From Candidatus Micrarchaeota archaeon (GTDB lineage: Archaea; Micrarchaeota; Micrarchaeia; Anstonellales; Bilamarchaeaceae): a stretch of DNA of 20,375 nucleotides. The stretch lies in contig JBDRLQ010000017.1 of assembly GCA_043812915.1 (NCBI GenBank), positions 1 to 20,375 of the forward strand. Reading direction: 5' to 3'. The position numbers were made by a program, and so were the translations under genes. Shown piece after piece: positions 16,818 to 20,375 of this stretch (the stretch's first letter is position 1; each line of letters starts with the position of its first letter). The notes beneath the pieces were generated by a model. It did not search any database. It was not told the DNA's origin and was given only the letters and a program-made list of their open reading frames with translations.

Positions 16818-18245
16818 TTACATTCCACTGGTTGTCATTCTTGCCCTCAGATGGGTTCCCATCGCATAGGGGCTTTCGAATGAAACCATTCCGCATGAGA
16901 GCGGAACGTCTGTATTCCCAGGTGCCGTGTCCACTTCCACTGTCGGAGTGGCTGTCAGGACTGCGTGGGTAGTGGTATTGGTAATCTCCACCACTGCCGT
17001 ATGATCGATAACCCTGACAACACGGACTGAGACATTGGTTCCAACTCCGGTCGTCTCGTCGACGATTTCGACCGGAACGTCGTACACAGTCATCTCGCGG
17101 GAACCATTCTGGTACCCAGAGCACACTCCGGCTTCAGCCTCTTCATCGATATCGGAATCGGGCTCCATCTCCATGTCCGCGTCGGCATCTGCGTCCCCGT
17201 CGACATCGGAGTCAACGTCTCCGTCCACGTCACCATCGACATCAGCGTCCACATCAACATCAGCGTCGCCATCTGCTTCTACGTCCCCGTCAAGGTCCAT
17301 GTCAGCGTCTGCGTCTGCAACATCGGTGTCAGCGTCTGCGTCACCATCGGTGGCGCTCCTCTGGCAGTTCTCGTCGATATTGACTGAAACAGTTCCGGTT
17401 CCTTCCTGAATGTTCGCGTTAGATACGCCGGCGTTCTCGATTCTGATGCTGGTGGTCGTACCATCCTCATCAACGCCAATCTCGATGCTCTCGGACTGTC
17501 TGATTGCAAGGGTTACTGTCCTGGAGTTTCCGCAAGTGTCGGTGTGCACCAGTTCTGCCGCAACTGTCGGCATCATTATGCCATCGACGTCCATCTCAAT
17601 TGTGACGAACCTTGCAATTCTGACAACTCCGAGCGGGCCCAGATCCTGCGCCTCTCCGACAAGCTCCTGCTCGCCAGTCTCATCGTTGGCCACTGCAGTA
17701 ACTGTTAGCGGAACACCGCTAAGGGAGTTGCTCTCTTCACAGAGCCTGTCAACATCACAGGTCGGCTCGGTGGTGTCCTGGTCAGCGTCTGCATCAACGC
17801 CTGCGTCAGAGCCCTCTACTGGTTCCCATTCGCAGATATAATCATATTCAATGCTCTCAGGGTCTACCTGCGGTGCCTCGGCATCAGGAGCATCAGCGTC
17901 TCCGGCGTCTGCCTCTTCAACATCAGCGTCAGCAACGTCAGCGTCTGTCTGGCCGCTATTCCTGACCACTCTCCTTGCCTCTTCCGGGCAGGTGTATCCT
18001 GCGCGCTCTCCGGTCTGGACACAGACTACCTGTCCGTCCTGAACCTCAGGTGCGCAAGTCGCCTCGGTTTGAGTTGCAGGTGAACTGCATCCCTGGCCAA
18101 GTCCCATTGCGCCCGTAACAAGCACTCCGCCTGCAACTGCTGCAATAGCGCCAAGAGGCTTCCTCTTCTGCATAGTCTCCTCGACCTTACCGTTCTGTAG
18201 CGTCCTATTCTTGTCGTCTTTGGATTTTCCACCCATCTCCACCAT
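16818..18245 (-). CDS. Highly acidic putative lipoprotein with (D-x)n repeats
   Basis: SD AGGTGA, long Lys-rich N-region, hydrophobic segment ending GLGQG-C, 10 further Cys, DADADTDVADADAD/DVDGDVDGD tracts, and no Lys after residue 29. Confidence 0.82.
   Translation of the reverse strand: MVEMGGKSKDDKNRTLQNGKVEETMQKRKPLGAIAAVAGGVLVTGAMGLGQGCSSPATQTEATCAPEVQDGQVVCVQTGERAGYTCPEEARRVVRNSGQTDADVADADVEEADAGDADAPDAEAPQVDPESIEYDYICEWEPVEGSDAGVDADADQDTTEPTCDVDRLCEESNSLSGVPLTVTAVANDETGEQELVGEAQDLGPLGVVRIARFVTIEMDVDGIMMPTVAAELVHTDTCGNSRTVTLAIRQSESIEIGVDEDGTTTSIRIENAGVSNANIQEGTGTVSVNIDENCQRSATDGDADADTDVADADADMDLDGDVEADGDADVDVDADVDGDVDGDVDSDVDGDADADADMEMEPDSDIDEEAEAGVCSGYQNGSREMTVYDVPVEIVDETTGVGTNVSVRVVRVIDHTAVVEITNTTTHAVLTATPTVEVDTAPGNTDVPLSCGMVSFESPYAMGTHLRARMTTSGM
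17140..17350 (-). repeat. 6/12-nt periodic low-complexity tract encoding Asp-X dipeptide repeats
   Basis: GAY-GYN periodicity encoding DGDADADTDVADADADMDLDGDVEADGDADVDVDADVDGDVDGDVDSDVDGDADADAD. Confidence 0.75.
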
Positions 18246-18398
18246 TTCATATCACCTATTTTGTTAATATTTCCGTATAGTTATGTATGTACCAAAACAT
18301 TTTTAAACATACCTTTTAACAACGCTTCTACCCACTTTTAGAAACAAGTACTATAATATAGACGAAAGGCTTAAATGAGCGCAAGGGATTATAACAAT

Positions 18399-18788
18399 AT
18401 GCCCCCGAGGCTCGTCATAATAGATACTAATTTCCTCCTCATCCCATTCCAATTCAGGATAGATATGTTCACGGAGCTGGAATATCTTCTCGAGACAAGC
18501 CATAGCTATGTCATCTCCTCAGGCTCTATCAGGGAACTGAAAAAGCTCGCCGATGGCAAGGGCAGGCATGCGATTGCGGCCCGCCTTGCCCTGAAGATGG
18601 TGGATGCCAATGCCCACCGCGTAGAGAAAATCAGCTCCACGAGGAATGTGGATGACTGGATAGTGGATTACGCCGAGAAAACCGGAGCAATCGTCTGCAC
18701 CAACGACCGCCAGCTCAGAAAAAGGCTGAAGGAGGCACATATAAAGATTATCGCGCTGAAAGGAAAAACGCAACTGGGGTATATCTGA
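18399..18788 (+). CDS. PIN-domain protein, Fcf1/Utp24-like archaeal family
   Basis: VIIDTNFLL, IRELKKL, VDDWIV and VCTNDRQLRKRLK. ATG 18399 is preferred over 18375 because CTTAAAT (~18370) fits a TATA box for a leaderless mRNA. Confidence 0.88.
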   Translation: MPPRLVIIDTNFLLIPFQFRIDMFTELEYLLETSHSYVISSGSIRELKKLADGKGRHAIAARLALKMVDANAHRVEKISSTRNVDDWIVDYAEKTGAIVCTNDRQLRKRLKEAHIKIIALKGKTQLGYI

Positions 18789-19090
18789 TGTGGCTGGAGG
18801 TATGTGGCGGGCTTCTTGTGCTGGCCTGCCTCGCTGTGATGGCGTATCTGCTCTTCTTCTCAAAGCCAATCAAAATCACCAGGAGGGTCTCAGGCTCGGT
18901 GGTGCACGTGGTTGTCAAGGCCAACCGGGACATATCGAAAATAGAGCTCTCTGCGGGGAATGACATAAGCTTCGTCCGCAAGAACATAAAGAAAGGTCAG
19001 GAAGTGGAGTTCACCTACCCGGCTTCTGAGAAGCCTGCCAAGATGGCCATTGAGCTGGGCGAGGGCAAGACAAAGGAATACGGGCTCTGA
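18788..19090 (+). CDS. Small membrane-anchored hypothetical protein
   Basis: TGATG overlap with the PIN gene, an N-terminal TM helix, then a Lys-rich beta-rich domain. Confidence 0.7.
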   Translation: MWLEVCGGLLVLACLAVMAYLLFFSKPIKITRRVSGSVVHVVVKANRDISKIELSAGNDISFVRKNIKKGQEVEFTYPASEKPAKMAIELGEGKTKEYGL

Positions 19091-19128
19091 ATGCTCATGC
19101 TTTTATTGCTTTTCGGGGATTGCTCCCT

Positions 19129-20082
19129 ATGGATTTCCCGCTGCTTCTTTACAGAGGAGAGCATTTCAACGCCAACTTCACTCATTTCTCAGGCATGGAC
19201 ACGGACCATTCCTTCCTCATAGTGTGGAATGGCAGGAAAACCCTTCTGGTTCCCCCGCTAAATGGCCTGCTGGCGAAAAGGAAATTCAGGGGCGAGGTAA
19301 TAATCTATAGCGACCCTTTCAAGTCCCTGAAGAAACTTCTCAAGGGGAAGAAGGTGCATGCGGATTTATCCTCCCTTCCGGCAAGGGCATATACAAGGCT
19401 CACCAGGTTCTGCAAGGTGGCTGACTGCACGGAGGAGCTTTTCGAGGCAAGGCGGAAGAAGTCCAAGCCCGAGCTCTCAAAGCTGAGGAAGGCCGCAAAG
19501 CTTACGAAGGAGGCCATCCACTCCCTATTGATTGAGGATGGGATGACTGAGAGGCAGCTTCGGGACCAACTGGTATCCAGCATGACTGGCATGGGGGTGT
19601 CAACATCATTCGAGCCGATTGTCTCATCGGGCGGCAACACTGCCTTCCCGCACAGCTCAAGCACATCAAGCAAAGTCCGTGGTTTCGTGCTTGTGGACTG
19701 CGGCGTGCGCTATCAGGACTACTGCGGTGACCTGACAAGGGTGATCTTCCTCAAGGAGAATCCGAAGGTGGAATCCATGTATGAAACCCTGCAGGAAGTC
19801 ACTAATGATATAATAGATGCCCTGCCCGGGATGAAAACCGGCAAGGATGTCGCCCTGTTCTCGGAAAACGAGATGAAAAAGAGGAAATTGCCAAAACTCA
19901 TCCATTCAATAGGCCATGGGATAGGGATGAATGTGCACGAATTTCCTAGGCTGAGCAAGAAGTATGAGGACAAAATCGCAGGAAGCGTATTCACGATAGA
20001 GCCCGGCGTCTACCTGAAGTCCTTCGGCCTGCGCTTTGAGCAGATGGTCCACTTCGATGGGAAAAAGGCTAGGATTTTATAG
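19129..20082 (+). CDS. Xaa-Pro aminopeptidase/dipeptidase (M24B)
   Basis: AFPH, VDCG..YCGDLTR, HSIGHGIGMNVHE, TIEPGVY and LRFE metal-ligand motifs. Start is ATG 19129 or TTG 19120. Confidence 0.9.
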   Translation: MDFPLLLYRGEHFNANFTHFSGMDTDHSFLIVWNGRKTLLVPPLNGLLAKRKFRGEVIIYSDPFKSLKKLLKGKKVHADLSSLPARAYTRLTRFCKVADCTEELFEARRKKSKPELSKLRKAAKLTKEAIHSLLIEDGMTERQLRDQLVSSMTGMGVSTSFEPIVSSGGNTAFPHSSSTSSKVRGFVLVDCGVRYQDYCGDLTRVIFLKENPKVESMYETLQEVTNDIIDALPGMKTGKDVALFSENEMKKRKLPKLIHSIGHGIGMNVHEFPRLSKKYEDKIAGSVFTIEPGVYLKSFGLRFEQMVHFDGKKARIL

Positions 20083-20112
20083 AAGATGCCCCAATTATTC
20101 CCTTGCTCTTTT

Positions 20113-20242
20113 GCAGGAGTAGCAAAGCGGTCAAATGCGGGGGACTTAAGTGACGAATCAGGTCCCATTGATCCTGGGCGGATTGCCGTCTTGGATATCC
20201 TCTGGCTTAGTGCCTTCGGAGGTTCGATTCCTCCCTCCTGCA
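20113..20242 (+). tRNA. tRNA-Leu (TAA) with 46-nt intron at 37/38 (20151-20196)
   Basis: Acceptor GCAGGAG/CTCCTGC, anticodon stem GGGGA/TCCTC, CT-TAA-G^A loop after splicing, long variable arm, T arm GGAGG-TTCGATT-CCTCC. The intron folds as GACG/CGTC, AATC/GATT and CCCA/TGGG. Confidence 0.93.
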
Positions 20243-20375
20243 ATAACCCTTTGGTTCAGGTCAGAACAGAGCCCCGTTTTGACCTCGTTGCCGAGGGCTG
20301 TTCTGAGGAGAGAACTATATAAAGCTAGGTCTAATTTTTTACATATAGAAACGATAACGTGTTTGTGGTTTTATC

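Noticed and set aside
17140..17350. CRISPR array or DNA-level satellite
   Set aside because: The periodicity comes from Asp-X codons with synonymous variation; there is no repeat-spacer structure.
20150..20196. C/D-box guide RNA inside the tRNA-Leu intron (GTGACGA resembles box C)
   Set aside because: There is no CTGA box D, the motif is used in the splice-site helix, and the intron is short.

Overview
Archaeal chromosomal window, probably DPANN and Micrarchaeota-like (inferred from PurP, an archaeal-type GlmU, a beta-CASP nuclease, an Fcf1-like PIN protein, a BHB tRNA intron, TATA-box promoters and GGTG Shine-Dalgarno sites). Lys-rich housekeeping genes (uppS, purP, glmU, DUF460-like, beta-CASP RNase, DUF59, ACT, PIN, M24 peptidase) and three tRNAs (Phe-GAA, Leu-CAG, intron-containing Leu-TAA) surround four large orphan genes: a co-oriented cluster at 6036-14660 and an acidic lipoprotein at 16818-18245. 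The strongest signal is compositional. Outside their N-terminal leaders these four proteins have only 2 lysines in about 3,200 residues by manual count. One carries a roughly 330-aa amphipathic beta-strand region resembling a bacterial outer-membrane barrel but has no signal peptide, and it lies in frame, across a TGA-CTA stop, with a 61-aa signal-peptide-like ORF. Separately, two conserved genes (uppS and the DUF460-like gene) appear to need a non-canonical start, most likely ATA, 5 nt after a GGTG SD. No integrase, transposase or CRISPR array was seen.
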